Positions 1 to 8,056 of a DNA stretch of 62,835 bases are shown here, in pieces. A program made the translations under genes and the position numbers. The DNA is from Candidatus Nealsonbacteria bacterium RIFCSPLOWO2_01_FULL_43_32 (GTDB lineage Bacteria > Patescibacteriota > Minisyncoccia > Minisyncoccales > MHMH01). Under the pieces are notes generated by a model. It was not told the DNA's origin, made no database searches, and saw only the letters and a list, made by a program, of their open reading frames with translations. Position 1 is the stretch's first letter, and each line of letters starts with the position of its first letter. Location of the stretch: the NCBI GenBank assembly GCA_001819335.1, contig MHMH01000021.1, positions 1-62,835 on the forward strand. The letters are read 5' to 3'.

Positions 1-111
1 CAAAACACTGCGGGCTTAACGGAAAAACGCCGAACGAAATGCTTAAATTGTCAACTTAAAAAAACCGCCAAATGTCTGTATCTAAAACAAAATGGCCCAG
101 AATTAAAATAA
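1..111 (+). CDS. 3' end of an unidentified CDS entering from the left edge (...KCLNCQLKKTAKCLYLKQNGPELK*)
   Basis: Frame 1 is open from the window edge to TAA at 109-111 and is followed directly by the 111-129 hairpin. It has a CxxC plus one more Cys. Too short to identify. Confidence 0.25.
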   Translation, partial: QNTAGLTEKRRTKCLNCQLKKTAKCLYLKQNGPELK

Positions 112-140
112 AAGAGGCCGAACCTCTTTCATTTTTTATA
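111..140. terminator. Bidirectional hairpin terminator candidate between convergent genes
   Basis: AAAGAGG-ccgaa-CCTCTTT (111-129), followed by CATTTTTT on + and TATTTTAATT on -. Confidence 0.5.
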
Positions 141-572
141 CAACTTCCTAATCCGATTAATATCGCCAACTGTGATCCATGCTGACATTGCGCCAAATCC
201 AGCTTTATTAATATTAAACGGTTTAATTTCCTGCGGATTTTTCAAGAATATAAGTATGCAATATTTTTTATTTTTAAATCTATTAAAAAATTCAGGTATT
301 TTCTCTTTTTCCAATCCGTCATCATCACCATATTCATTTAATATCTGCTCCACTCTCTTGGGAGTTAGGTCAGTAAATTGCATAACCTTACTGACTTCCG
401 CTTTTATTCTTACTGGCCCTCCCGAATCTTTAAAATAAACCGTTTCGCCTGCTTTAATGCTGTCCCAGGGCTTATATCTGACCGAATACCACCTGGACTC
501 AATCTTTTTCTGGCCGGTCAGAATTTTATCCGTCAGTCCCCACGATTTTTTCATGATCGCTAAGTGTTCCAT
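129..572 (-). CDS. ASCH (PUA-like) domain protein
   Basis: 147 aa. The N-terminal ILTGQKKIESRW...AGETVYF pattern is typical of ASCH domains. Confidence 0.65.
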   Translation of the reverse strand: MEHLAIMKKSWGLTDKILTGQKKIESRWYSVRYKPWDSIKAGETVYFKDSGGPVRIKAEVSKVMQFTDLTPKRVEQILNEYGDDDGLEKEKIPEFFNRFKNKKYCILIFLKNPQEIKPFNINKAGFGAMSAWITVGDINRIRKLYKK

Positions 573-577
573 AACAC

Positions 578-907
578 TTATATTGCTTCCAGCGGATAAA
601 TGTCTAATGCCACTTCTTCGTAGGGGTGTGCTTCTTTGATTGCTTTTACCACATCGGTCAGTTTATCCCGTTCGCATACGGCTTCTATTCTTTCTTCCGC
701 CACCGATTCGAGCTTTCCGACTTCTCCGATGTTGGGATGCGCGCCCTTCTGGGGCCTGAATCGCCCAATGCCTTTTGAGGAAAAACTGCAGCAAGCGTAA
801 TTGCCTAGTTTTCCCGCTCCAGCTTTTCCTATGGCTTCCCTGACTGCATTCGCATGAGTCTCGGGCACAAAGACAACTATTTTCACTATTTTTGATTTAT
901 TTTCCAT
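578..907 (-). CDS. Small NIF3/YqfO-associated PII-like domain protein (COG3323-type)
   Basis: 109 aa. KIVVFVPETHANAVREAIGKAGAGKLGNY...RFRP...GAHPNIGEVGKLE...EERIE is the standalone form of the NIF3 insert domain. Overlaps the secA stop by 11 nt. Confidence 0.55.
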   Translation of the reverse strand: MENKSKIVKIVVFVPETHANAVREAIGKAGAGKLGNYACCSFSSKGIGRFRPQKGAHPNIGEVGKLESVAEERIEAVCERDKLTDVVKAIKEAHPYEEVALDIYPLEAI

Positions 908-3374
908 GGCAATGTTTATATTTAATCGGGCGGCCGTCGGGATGAGTCGCTCCGCACGGGCAGGGGTCGTTGCGCCCCGCCTTCGCTCCGCTTTGCGGAG
1001 CTTCGACGGGCAAGCCCACTTTTTTCGGTTGTTCTTTTAAAGAAACTTTCAGAATGGTACTGGCGATGCTTGAGTCAAGCGTGCTTAACAGCTTCTGGAA
1101 CATTCTGTGGCCTTCGGTCTTGTACTCCACCAAAGGATCTCTCTGGCCGTAAGCCCTCAGCCCGACCGAGTCCCGAAGGGACTCCATCTCCTCCAGATGG
1201 TTCATCCAAAGCATGTCCAAAGTCCTCAAAGCGACCACCTTAGCAACCTTATCAAAATTATCACCCAATTCTTTTACTTTATTCTCTAGGGCATCTTTTT
1301 CTTCTGGGGACCTTAACCAATTTCTTAATTTTTCCGCCCAAACCGATGATTTCTGTCCCTGCGGGACATCTCCAGTAGGGAGACAGTCTTCGGTTTCTTG
1401 AAGAAATTCTTTCCTCTTTCTATAAATCACCTCCCGATGCTTGTTGAGCACGTCATCATACTCCAAAACGTAGCGCCGGGCGTCAAAATGCATACCTTCA
1501 ATCTTTGACTGGGCCGATTCAATGGCGCTGGAAATCATCTTGGCCTCAATCGCCTCGTCCTCGGGCACCTTCAACAGACCCATCAAAGACTTAATCCTGT
1601 CTCCTCCAAAAATCCTCATCAAGTCGTCTTCCAGGGCAACAAAAAACTGGGAGGAACCCGGGTCGCCCTGCCGGCCCGACCTACCCCTCAACTGATTGTC
1701 AACTCTTCTGGCTTCGTGACGTTCCGTGCCGATGACGTGCAGGCCTCCCAATTCCCTAACCCTTCGACTGCGCTCAGGGTCATCCTCGGGATTGCCACCG
1801 AGGATGATATCCACGCCTCGGCCAGCCATGTTAGTAGCAATGGTGACCGCACCCAATCTGCCGGCTTGAGCAATGATTTCTCCTTCTTTTTCGTGCTGTT
1901 TGGCGTTCAAAATCTGATGAGGCACGCCTTCTCTCTCCAGCAGCTTCCCAAGGTATTCGTTTTTTTCAATGGAGGTGGTGCCGACCAGAATCGGCTGACC
2001 CTTTTCGTGCCTTTGCTTAACCTCTTTGACCAGCGCCTGGAATTTACCGCTGACTGATTTATAAATCCTGTCGGGCAGAAGTTTCCTCCTCATCGGCTTG
2101 TTGGTCGGGACAACCACCACGTCCAGACGATAAACCTTGTCAAATTCTTCAGCCGAAGTCGCGGCCGTGCCGGTCATGCCGGCCAGTTTCTGATACATTC
2201 TGAAATAATTCTGGAAAGTAATGGAAGCCAGAGTCAGGGATTCGGGCTGGACTCTGACGCCTTCTTTGGCTTCAATGGCCTGATGCAGCCCGCCTGACCA
2301 GCGCCTGCCCGGCATCAATCGACCGGTAAACTCATCAACAATAATCACTTCATTGTTTTTCACCACATAGTCCCTGTCTCTTTTAAACAAGGCCTGGGCT
2401 CTCAAAGCCTGTTCCAGATGATGGACGTATTTGATGCCTTTTTCCTCATAGATATTACCCATGCCCAAAGTTTCCTCTATTTTGTTGACGCCAATTTCGG
2501 TCAAAGTGACCGCTTTGAGCTTTTCATCGATTTCGTAATCGGTGGCCTGGTCCAGTTTGGGAATGAGCCTGGAAAATTCCTGATACCAGTTTGAACTTTC
2601 CATATCGGGCGCGGAAATGATCAGCGGGGTCCTCGCTTCATCAATTAAAATCGAGTCCACTTCGTCAACAATGGCGAAGTGATGTCCTCGCTGCACCTGC
2701 TGGGACAATTCATAAACCATATTGTCTCTCAAATAATCAAAACCAAACTCATTATTGGTGCCGTAAGTGATATCGGCTGAATACGCCTCTTGCCTGGAAC
2801 AAGGCCTCAAGTAGTCCTCCACCACCTTGAAGCCGCCCAGCATATCTCTCTCTTTATCCTTATTGGCTAAGGGATCATATATGTAGGCGGCCTCGTGCAC
2901 GATACAGCCAACGGACAGCCCTAAGGCATAATAGATCTGCCCCATCCAGACCATGTCGCGCTTCGCCAAATAATCGTTGACCGTGACCACGTGCACGCCC
3001 TTGCCTTCCAAAGCGTTCAGATAAACGGGCAGAGTGGCGGCCAGAGTTTTGCCTTCGCCGGTTTTCATTTCAGCAATCTTGCCCTGGTGCAGAACCACGC
3101 CGCCGATTAACTGAACGTCAAAATGCCGCTGATTAAGCGTTCTTTTTGAGGCCTCCCTGACCAGCGCAAACGCCTCCGGCAACAAATCCTCGATATTTAA
3201 GTGACTTCGGGAGTCACTTAATTTTAACTTTAATTCATTTGTTTTTTCTTTTAATTTTTCATCAGAAAAACCCTCGAATTCCTTTTCAAAGTTGTTTATC
3301 TTTTCAACCACGGGCTGCAGTTTCTTGATATATTTCTCGTTCGCATCCCCAAAAACCTTAGTTAAGATTGACAT
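897..3374 (-). CDS. secA: Preprotein translocase ATPase SecA
   Basis: 825 aa. Has the MKTGEGKT Walker A, DEVDSILIDEARTPLIIS DEAD-like box, TNMAGRGVDI and the C-terminal zinc finger CPCG...HCHGK. Confidence 0.97.
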   Translation of the reverse strand: MSILTKVFGDANEKYIKKLQPVVEKINNFEKEFEGFSDEKLKEKTNELKLKLSDSRSHLNIEDLLPEAFALVREASKRTLNQRHFDVQLIGGVVLHQGKIAEMKTGEGKTLAATLPVYLNALEGKGVHVVTVNDYLAKRDMVWMGQIYYALGLSVGCIVHEAAYIYDPLANKDKERDMLGGFKVVEDYLRPCSRQEAYSADITYGTNNEFGFDYLRDNMVYELSQQVQRGHHFAIVDEVDSILIDEARTPLIISAPDMESSNWYQEFSRLIPKLDQATDYEIDEKLKAVTLTEIGVNKIEETLGMGNIYEEKGIKYVHHLEQALRAQALFKRDRDYVVKNNEVIIVDEFTGRLMPGRRWSGGLHQAIEAKEGVRVQPESLTLASITFQNYFRMYQKLAGMTGTAATSAEEFDKVYRLDVVVVPTNKPMRRKLLPDRIYKSVSGKFQALVKEVKQRHEKGQPILVGTTSIEKNEYLGKLLEREGVPHQILNAKQHEKEGEIIAQAGRLGAVTIATNMAGRGVDIILGGNPEDDPERSRRVRELGGLHVIGTERHEARRVDNQLRGRSGRQGDPGSSQFFVALEDDLMRIFGGDRIKSLMGLLKVPEDEAIEAKMISSAIESAQSKIEGMHFDARRYVLEYDDVLNKHREVIYRKRKEFLQETEDCLPTGDVPQGQKSSVWAEKLRNWLRSPEEKDALENKVKELGDNFDKVAKVVALRTLDMLWMNHLEEMESLRDSVGLRAYGQRDPLVEYKTEGHRMFQKLLSTLDSSIASTILKVSLKEQPKKVGLPVEAPQSGAKAGRNDPCPCGATHPDGRPIKYKHCHGK
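975..1015. repeat. GC-rich hairpin repeat, copy 1 (inside the secA linker before the zinc finger)
   Basis: ccccgccttcgCTCCGCtttGCGGAGcttcgacgggcaagc. 34 of 41 positions are identical to the copy at 4712-4752. Translated here as GLPVEAPQSGAKAG. Confidence 0.75.
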
Positions 3375-3410
3375 ATCTGGTAGATTAAATTATATTATAG
3401 AATCGTGTCT

Positions 3411-3439
3411 TTGACAACGAAATATGTGAAAGGTAGGAT
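3411..3439 (+). promoter_or_regulatory. Candidate sigma70-type promoter for the EamA gene
   Basis: TTGACA (3411-3416), 17-nt spacer, TAGGAT (3434-3439), ATG 6 nt further on. The AGGTAGGA could alternatively serve as an SD. Confidence 0.3.
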
Positions 3440-3445
3440 TGAGAA

Positions 3446-4339
3446 ATGGAATTATATTTAGCAATACTGGCAGGTTTGGGCGGAATGTTCGGTTGGGGTT
3501 TGGCTGATTTTTTTGCCAAAAAAACGTTAGACAAGGTAACCCCCATCAAAGCTTTCCTGTATTCACACGTCTTTGGACTTACCCTGCTTTTAATCTATCT
3601 TGTTTTTAATCGAGGACCTATTAATCTTAGCCCGAAAATCATTCTCTTTTTGATAGCGTTCGGCATCGGCGACCTCACCGCTTATACGCTTTTCTACCGG
3701 GGATTGCAGAAAGGAATGGTGAGCATTATCGGACCGATCGTGTCCATGAACAGCGGCGTCGCGGTGCTTGTTTCTTTTTTTTGGTTCGGCGAGCTTATCA
3801 CCGCGATGCGATGGATGGGACTTGGCATTGTTCTTCTGGGAACAATCCTGATTTCTTTCCAGCTGCAAAAAACCGAACTCGGCCTGAATATCAAGAATAT
3901 GACGAGCGGACTGCCGGAAGCGATAGCGGCGATGGTCATCTGGGGACTCTTTTTTCCTTTATGGGACTGGTTTCTGACCTACCAAGGAGAAGGCTGGATA
4001 TTTTCTCTCACATCAGTGACTGTGGCCGAAATCGCAGGGGCTTTCATCTTTATCTATTTCCTTTCTCGGCTAAGAAAAACTCCGGCCGATATACAGGTGA
4101 AAGAAAAACAAATCTGGTTTTGGCTGGCACTGATTGGCATTTTCACGACAGCCGGCTCTATCTTTGTCGCTTGGGGATACAGATTTACCAGCATCACCAG
4201 CGCCGTGGTCGTTCTAGGCGCGGCGTATTCCTTGCCGACCATTGTCCTAGCCCGAATCTTCCTTAAAGAAAAACTGGCTTTCAACCAGCTCATCGGAGTC
4301 GTGGCCATCATCGGAGGATTAATAATTTTAGTTCTATAA
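3446..4339 (+). CDS. EamA/DMT-family transporter
   Basis: 297 aa, about 10 predicted TM helices in two EamA-like halves. Confidence 0.8.
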   Translation: MELYLAILAGLGGMFGWGLADFFAKKTLDKVTPIKAFLYSHVFGLTLLLIYLVFNRGPINLSPKIILFLIAFGIGDLTAYTLFYRGLQKGMVSIIGPIVSMNSGVAVLVSFFWFGELITAMRWMGLGIVLLGTILISFQLQKTELGLNIKNMTSGLPEAIAAMVIWGLFFPLWDWFLTYQGEGWIFSLTSVTVAEIAGAFIFIYFLSRLRKTPADIQVKEKQIWFWLALIGIFTTAGSIFVAWGYRFTSITSAVVVLGAAYSLPTIVLARIFLKEKLAFNQLIGVVAIIGGLIILVL

Positions 4340-4342
4340 TAC

Positions 4343-4372
4343 AAAAGCCCAGCGGAAAACCGTTGGGCTTTT
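4343..4372. terminator. Bidirectional rho-independent terminator between convergent genes
   Basis: AAAAGCCCAGCGG-aaaa-CCGTTGGGCTTTT: 13-bp stem with one G-T pair and A/T runs on both sides. Confidence 0.7.
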
Positions 4373-4380
4373 CAATTAAC

Positions 4381-4824
4381 TTATTTAATTAAACATTTAT
4401 AGAATTTTTCCGGAGTTTTGCCCAAAGAAAGCTTTTCAAACGGACAAAGGCCGGTTTGGTCGCGGTTCAAGATATTGGGAACTGTTTTTTGGGAATAAAA
4501 CTTAATTTTGTATTTCCTTAAGGATTTAGCCGCAAGCTTACTGCCGGTTTTTCCGTAAATTTCTTTGGCTTTTAAATAAGCAGCCAACAAAGCCGCTCCC
4601 CGTCCGACTATCTTATCAAAGATAACTAAATTGCTATATTTCTTGTCATGTTTCTGAATAAAAGCCAGGAGTCCTGCGACTCCTGCTTTTTTTGACCGGA
4701 AGATCAAGTTCCCCCGCCTTCGTCCCGCTAAGCGGGACTTCGGCGGGCAAGCAAGCCAAATTTCTAATCCCCAGGAACTTTTCAAAAATTTCTCAAATTT
4801 TTGTTTCACTTTTCTTGAAAACAA
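4381..4824 (-). CDS. DUF1893 (TM1506-like) protein carrying an in-frame hairpin-repeat insertion
   Basis: C-terminal DKIVGRGAALLAAY...ILNRDQTGLCPFEKL matches DUF1893. The track start at 4824 is TTG and overlaps the upstream gene. GTG at 4809 or TTG at 4785 are alternatives. Confidence 0.6.
   Translation of the reverse strand: MFSRKVKQKFEKFLKSSWGLEIWLACPPKSRLAGRRRGNLIFRSKKAGVAGLLAFIQKHDKKYSNLVIFDKIVGRGAALLAAYLKAKEIYGKTGSKLAAKSLRKYKIKFYSQKTVPNILNRDQTGLCPFEKLSLGKTPEKFYKCLIK
4712..4752. repeat. GC-rich hairpin repeat, copy 2 (inside the DUF1893 gene)
   Basis: ccccgccttcgTCCCGCtaaGCGGGActtcggcgggcaagc. The stem differs from copy 1 by two compensatory base-pair swaps. Translated here as ACPPKSRLAGRRRG. 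Confidence 0.75.
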
Positions 4825-5329
4825 ACTTTTGCAAAAGATAAATAATCGTCGGGATTAAAGCCAGCTGCAGAGCTATACCTAGCCAGCTCATCTGGATAAA
4901 AGCCCAGGGGTTTGCCTGGTTCCCTGCAATAAAGATAAAAGCTAATCTCGCCACTCTGCCCAAAACCATAGCTGAAATCAAAGATACCCAGATGTTTAAG
5001 CCTTTTTCTCTTAAAAGACCGACGGCCAAGCCGTAAACGCTCAGCTCTAAAATGGTTTCGGGTAAAATAACCATAGGCGGCAGATGAGTGATGCCATAGC
5101 TCATTAAGGGGCTTAAAAGTCCGACCAGCAAACCTGTCCGCCAACCGAATAAAATTCCAGCCAGCAAAACAAAAATATGCATGGGCAGGAACTTTGGCCC
5201 AGTCAGATTAAACTGATGGAAAATAGCCGGAGTCGCAACTGACAGGCCCACGAAAACTAACGAGAAGATATAATATTTTGCTCCGCTGAAGGTTAAAATC
5301 TTAGGAAGCGCTTTGGTTTGTGTTGTCAT
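4793..5329 (-). CDS. ECF-transporter S-component-like membrane protein (substrate unknown)
   Basis: 178 aa, 5-6 TM helices, FLPMHIFVLLAGILFGWRTGLLVG pattern typical of ECF S components. No EcfA/T genes nearby. Confidence 0.55.
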   Translation of the reverse strand: MTTQTKALPKILTFSGAKYYIFSLVFVGLSVATPAIFHQFNLTGPKFLPMHIFVLLAGILFGWRTGLLVGLLSPLMSYGITHLPPMVILPETILELSVYGLAVGLLREKGLNIWVSLISAMVLGRVARLAFIFIAGNQANPWAFIQMSWLGIALQLALIPTIIYLLQKFVFKKSETKI

Positions 5330-5333
5330 ATAT

Positions 5334-6179
5334 TTATTTAATAATATAATTAATAATCTTGTAAACCAGTTTGGCAGCCAGAAAATCTGGCGCTGTCAAA
5401 CCGGGAATCGGGTCCAACTCAACCACGTCAGCCCCGATGATTTTTCTTTTTTCAGCCACTTCTTTAATTAAATTAAGAACTTCGTACCAGCCCAGCCCGC
5501 CGGGTTCCGGCGTGCCGGTGGAAGGCATAATGGAAGTGTCCAAGCCGTCCAAGTCAAAGGTCAGATAGACGTTTTCTTTTAAGGTAGCGATAATTCTATC
5601 AACAGGAATTTCCGGCGCCAAAAAGATATGCTCGGCTTCTTCACCTTCTGGCATGCTCCTGATGCCCACTTGGGTAATGGGCAATCCTAAATCCTTGATT
5701 CTTTTCATCACGCACGCGTGGTGAAACTTCGTTCCCTCAAACTCCTCTCGCAAATCAGAATGAGCGTCTATCTGCAAAACTGAGAAATCATCAAATTTTT
5801 CTTTGAAAGCCTGGACCGCTCCCAGAGTGATTGAATGCTCACCGCCCAGCATCATTGGAAATTTTCCATCCTGCAATAATTGATCAACAACGTTTTTGAT
5901 GCGAGCTATGGTTTCTTCGGGCGAATTTTTAGAAGGTTCCAGCAACTCTAAAGTAAAAATGCCCTGCTTTGAGGCGTCTTTTTTTGTTTCCATGTCATAA
6001 AGCTCAATATGACGCGAGGCCTCGATCATGGCCTGAGGACCGTCTTTGGTACCTGATTTCCAATAAGTCGTGGAGTTGTAAGGCACGGGGAAAATCGCCA
6101 CTTTAGCTTTTTCATAATCTTGCTCGTTAAGCCCCAGGAAATTGAAGGGCTCTAAGGTTGGATAGGAAAATTCTTTCAT
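5334..6179 (-). CDS. speB: Agmatinase (arginase/ureohydrolase family)
   Basis: 281 aa. Mn-binding blocks GGEHSIT, DAHSDL and FDLDGLD. Confidence 0.9.
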   Translation of the reverse strand: MKEFSYPTLEPFNFLGLNEQDYEKAKVAIFPVPYNSTTYWKSGTKDGPQAMIEASRHIELYDMETKKDASKQGIFTLELLEPSKNSPEETIARIKNVVDQLLQDGKFPMMLGGEHSITLGAVQAFKEKFDDFSVLQIDAHSDLREEFEGTKFHHACVMKRIKDLGLPITQVGIRSMPEGEEAEHIFLAPEIPVDRIIATLKENVYLTFDLDGLDTSIMPSTGTPEPGGLGWYEVLNLIKEVAEKRKIIGADVVELDPIPGLTAPDFLAAKLVYKIINYIIK

Positions 6180-6215
6180 TGATCAAGTTTTTATTTTAAT
6201 AAAAACGAAGATGAA

Positions 6216-6234
6216 GATGAAGCCTTGCTTCATC
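6216..6234 (-). terminator. Weak hairpin downstream of the DHS-like gene (possible attenuating terminator)
   Basis: GATGAAG-caagg-CTTCATC on the minus strand, followed by ttcatcttcgttttta. Confidence 0.3.
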
Positions 6235-6242
6235 GCCCTAAA

Positions 6243-7385
6243 TTACCGCTGGTGCTTTTTATAAAGCTCATCAGCCGTCCAGCTGACCGGCTTGTCCTTA
6301 ATTTCTTTTTCCAAATCATAAACCAGCTGATCAAGCTTAAGATAGAGATTCTTTTGTTTTCTCGGCTTAGCCTTGTCTATGGCGTAACTGAAAAGAATGG
6401 GCGTGGCCAAAGTCGTGTCAGCGTAGACTACGACTGTATCTTTTAATTCATCTGGATTGATTTTTCCCCAGGAAACCGCTTCTTGCGGAGTCGCTCCGCT
6501 CAAGCCCCCCCACTGCGGACTGTCCATGGTCACCTGGATGAAATAATCGTGTCCGCCTCTCTCTATCCCCAGGCACTCCCATAGAAACGGCTGGGTCTGC
6601 ATATAAAAATTCTTGGGGGAGCCTCCGCCAAGAAGTATAGCGCCGTTCTTTTTGGCCGCATTCACAATGGCCACCGTTTCAATCACGTCCCAGTTAGGAT
6701 TAATATGTAAATCAATCGAGCCCTTTCTTTCCAGGCCTTTGTGCCTGGCCTTGTTGAAATTAGCCAAGTCCATGCCGTAAGTGCTGTCGCCGGGCGAAGA
6801 GGTGTAAACCGGAATATTGTATTTGGCCGCTTGCGCCAAAATGGAACCTTCGGGATTGGGCGCGTCTTTCAAAAGGCACTTACCCAGATAGTTATGAAAC
6901 TCGGCAGAGGAAACCGCGCCTCTGGGCGCTTTCTTGTCCAATAAAACTTTCTGAGTCCACTTATCGGTGTTTAATAAAGTATCCGTGGTTAAGAAAATAT
7001 CGTAAATCCTCACCACTCCGTGCTTATACAAGGTCGTGTCGTCTATCTGCCAGGTTCCTTTATATAAAGGAAAGTTCAAGGCGAAATGAGTATCATGATA
7101 GAGGTTGGCGCCGGTTGAAATGATAAAATCAATAAAGCCCTTCTCCATCATGGAAACAAAAAGTCCGGACATACCGGCCGGGGTCAAAGCGCCTGCAATC
7201 GTCACTCCGATGGTGGCATCGTTTTTTTGAGCCAGCATTTTTTCAACTAACAGCCGGCTGGCTTCCCCAAGTCTGGCCGAATTATAAGCTTGGTAATAAT
7301 TTTCAACCAAATCAGAAACCAAAAGACCTTTCTTTAATTTCAAAGATGAGATTTTTTTACCGGAAAGAAAAGGATTTTTTTTCAT
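6243..7385 (-). CDS. Deoxyhypusine synthase-like protein
   Basis: 380 aa. DHS-family pattern ISTGANLYHD, TSSPGDS, ILLGGGSPKNF and YADTTLATPIL. Confidence 0.85.
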   Translation of the reverse strand: MKKNPFLSGKKISSLKLKKGLLVSDLVENYYQAYNSARLGEASRLLVEKMLAQKNDATIGVTIAGALTPAGMSGLFVSMMEKGFIDFIISTGANLYHDTHFALNFPLYKGTWQIDDTTLYKHGVVRIYDIFLTTDTLLNTDKWTQKVLLDKKAPRGAVSSAEFHNYLGKCLLKDAPNPEGSILAQAAKYNIPVYTSSPGDSTYGMDLANFNKARHKGLERKGSIDLHINPNWDVIETVAIVNAAKKNGAILLGGGSPKNFYMQTQPFLWECLGIERGGHDYFIQVTMDSPQWGGLSGATPQEAVSWGKINPDELKDTVVVYADTTLATPILFSYAIDKAKPRKQKNLYLKLDQLVYDLEKEIKDKPVSWTADELYKKHQR

Positions 7386-7415
7386 CGAGCTTTAATAAAT
7401 TAAAGCGAAGATTAA

Positions 7416-7436
7416 GAAGAGGACTAAGTCCTCTTC
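7416..7436 (-). terminator. Hairpin between the arginine decarboxylase and DHS-like genes
   Basis: GAAGAGGAC-tta-GTCCTCTTC on the minus strand, with a moderately T-rich tail. Confidence 0.35.
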
Positions 7437-7453
7437 GCATATTCATATTTTTC

Positions 7454-7996
7454 TTAAGGAATAAAAACAGCCATGGCCACCGTGGAAACCCAGCGGCCGT
7501 CTTTGTCGCCTCGGGCGCTTTGCGTCACGTTGGTGGTACGCACAATTTTCCCTGACAAACGAAAGGCCTGGCGCCGCGAGTCCCAAGCCTCATCGGGATT
7601 GAATTTCAAACCCAAAGTGGAAGCTAACATGGAAGCTGCCAAATCTTCGGCGTAGTCGCCGGCCCTGTCGCTCGTTTCGCCGAAAGGATGATGCTCTGAA
7701 AGATAGCCGTACTTTTGCTTATCTGCGGGAATAGCGCAACCGACCGAAGCGGAAAGAAGACGATTGGACTCATTGGTACAATTTCTGGCCAAAACCACAA
7801 AAACTACTTCGCCCGGGCTTAAAAATTCCAAGCCCTTAGCTCTGGTAACTTTTTTACAACCGGGCGGCAAAATACTGGAAACTGAAACCAAATTAAACGC
7901 GGCCATGCCCGCATCTCTCAACGCCAGCTCAAAAGAAGCCAGGTAATCCCGGTGAATGCCTACTCCTTTGGTGAGAAAAAATTTAGTCGGTACCAT
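7454..7996 (-). CDS. pdaD: Pyruvoyl-dependent arginine decarboxylase
   Basis: 180 aa. FFLTKGVG...SFELALRDAG..NLVSVSSILPPGC contains the Ser-Ser self-cleavage site region. Confidence 0.9.
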   Translation of the reverse strand: MVPTKFFLTKGVGIHRDYLASFELALRDAGMAAFNLVSVSSILPPGCKKVTRAKGLEFLSPGEVVFVVLARNCTNESNRLLSASVGCAIPADKQKYGYLSEHHPFGETSDRAGDYAEDLAASMLASTLGLKFNPDEAWDSRRQAFRLSGKIVRTTNVTQSARGDKDGRWVSTVAMAVFIP

Positions 7997-8026
7997 TAAA
8001 ATCCAGAAAATATTTTTCTTTTATCC

Positions 8027-8056
8027 ATTATTCCATTATGCCAAGAATCTTGTCAA
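8027..8056 (-). promoter_or_regulatory. Candidate promoter of the pdaD/DHS-like/speB operon
   Basis: Minus strand: CTCTTGACA (TTGACA = 8056-8051, overlapping the murB stop), 18-nt spacer, AATAAT (8032-8027). Confidence 0.4.

Noticed and set aside
4806-5144. 112-aa ORF in an alternative frame of the ECF S-component gene
   Set aside because: It lies on the same strand and overlaps a membrane protein with a coherent TM pattern. The alternative frame is Arg/Gly-rich with no signature.
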